A DNA stretch of 64,000 nt, taken from positions 3,197,822-3,261,821 of the forward strand of contig MU053472.1 in assembly GCA_013239625.1 (NCBI GenBank), given 5' to 3'. This document shows positions 62,440 through 64,000 of this stretch, one piece after another (position 1 is the first letter of the stretch; the number at the start of each line of letters is the position of its first letter). The notes beneath the pieces are model-generated. The model saw only the letters and a list, made by a program, of their open reading frames with translations. It ran no database searches and had not been told where the DNA came from. The translations under genes were made by a program, and so were the position numbers. The DNA comes from Lama guanicoe (taxonomy: Eukaryota).

Positions 62440-64000
62440 AAGAGTACCACCCTCTGGCAAGGCGGTGGGTGTAGCTCAGTGGTAGAATGTGTGCTTAGCC
62501 CAGGGTCTTTCATTTAAAAAAAAAAAAATACCACCACTGTGAAACTGGGCCATCTCTTTCTAACCCTTTCCTGGTGATTATTCCAGTGCCCATGCATTCT
62601 AATTTCTAAAGAGTTCTACATAATCTGATGTACGTCATTTTGCAAATTATTTTTTAATGAAAAGTATCTAGGAACTAAATCATATTTTCTCTTCTCTCTT
62701 CTTTGTGTATGTGTCCTGGGCTCTGGGTCATTATTACTTGAATAGCCTTCTAATTAAACACAGTAATTGACACATATAAAGAATTAAGAGAATATGTCAA
62801 ATCTGTCAGAATAGGAAAATGCAGTCTGTGATAATTCCTAGGTTAACATTATATTCAACAATAATCATAGCTCTTCTAAAAATGAAAGATAACGAGTTCC
62901 TACCTCAAACAGGACAGGACTCAGCAAGATAAGGCTTGTTCTATTATCATTCCTTTATTAAAAGCTTTAGATACTCTTCAGAGTTTAAATATCCAATTTA
63001 AAGGGTATAGAGCAATCTTTATCCAGGTTAAAAGAATAATGAGAAAGACAAATTCTTTTTCTAGATTAGGTGGGATTACAATCGTTAACACTAGATAGAA
63101 GCTCATTCTTTCATGATTCCTCAAAGCAGTTTTTCTTTTTTAAATTGAAAAAGACATTTCCTTCCTTTTTACTTGCCTTGAGGAAATTAGGATACTCATT
63201 GTAGAATACAATAAAGTAAAATATATATACTATTTATATACATGAATCAGAAATATTTCTCCCATTAATTACTCCTATCCTTTCTCCTTACCAGCCCTCT
63301 TCTAACTTCCTCTAACTTCAGCTACCTTCACCATCTTTCCGTGGGCTCTCCTGTTTTTCTCTTTCGATATAATCGATTTCCCCCAACTCTTTTAATTTTG
63401 AAAAATCTCAAACCTTGAGAAAATTTATAAGAATAGTATAATTAACACTCATATATCATTCATTTAGATTCACCAGTTGTTATCTGTTAGTTCTCTCTCT
63501 GTATAGGTCACAGCCAAACTTTGTTTCCTTTTGTTTGGCCTCACTTCATAGGGCATCCACGGACTTGCATTCAGTAACAATACCTTTCAAAGCTTTCCGC
63601 AATTTAGCTCTAATGGTCCTTTGCAGCCTCCTTTCTTCCAATGATTAGCAGTTTGTACTTCAGGTATGCCAAAAAACACCAAGTATTTCCTATAGCGTTA
63701 CCAGCCTTTCCCCCTGTTTGGGGTATCCTCCGCCAGGTCTACTTATATAGCCATCCAGCTTCTGGTACTTTTTCTCACGGGTATTTGTTGAGTGATCATA
63801 ATCCACTAATTAGTAAGGTAGGTGCTGGGATACAATTCGAAGCACGATCAACATAGTGTCTGTCTTTATGGAATGTATACTGACTGAAATATCTCTTTTG
63901 TGTTTCTATAGCACTTACTGTAACATTTATTATACTGGATTGTAATTTTTGTTTGCATGTTTGTCACCTGGCTAGATGGTGAACATTTCAAGGGTAGGAT

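Noticed and set aside
54400..64000. PRR11 non-coding first exon, SKA2 and its microRNAs
   Set aside because: No CpG island in this span, only a slight CpG rise after about 63550; they probably lie beyond the window.

Overview
Mammalian genomic DNA, probably camelid judging by the Vic-1-like tRNA-derived SINEs. Three spliced genes lie head-to-tail on the minus strand, in the order I recall from human 17q22. PRR11 has all 9 coding exons at 54375->44736 (366 aa); its non-coding first exon was not found and probably lies past the window end. SMG8 has 4 exons at 39531->35177 (993 aa). GDPD1 has coding exons 1-4 at 28306->3617 and continues off the left edge. All exons were placed by reading GT/AG boundaries and checking phase continuity. 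GDPD1 intron 2 holds an antisense C14orf119 retrocopy with two premature stops. The rest is mostly retroposons and old DNA transposons. The most unusual observation is two related, polyadenylated, U5-less ERV 3'-end copies (4144-4332 and 19258-19887) with long target-site duplications, apparently mobilised by L1. Also notable are a (GAA)24(GGAGAA)8 tract beside the SMG8 exon 2 donor, a coding GGGGCC repeat in SMG8, a long PRR11 polyproline run and an exact 168-bp tandem duplication. I see no convincing new protein-coding system. Gene and repeat-family names come from recall, not from database searches.
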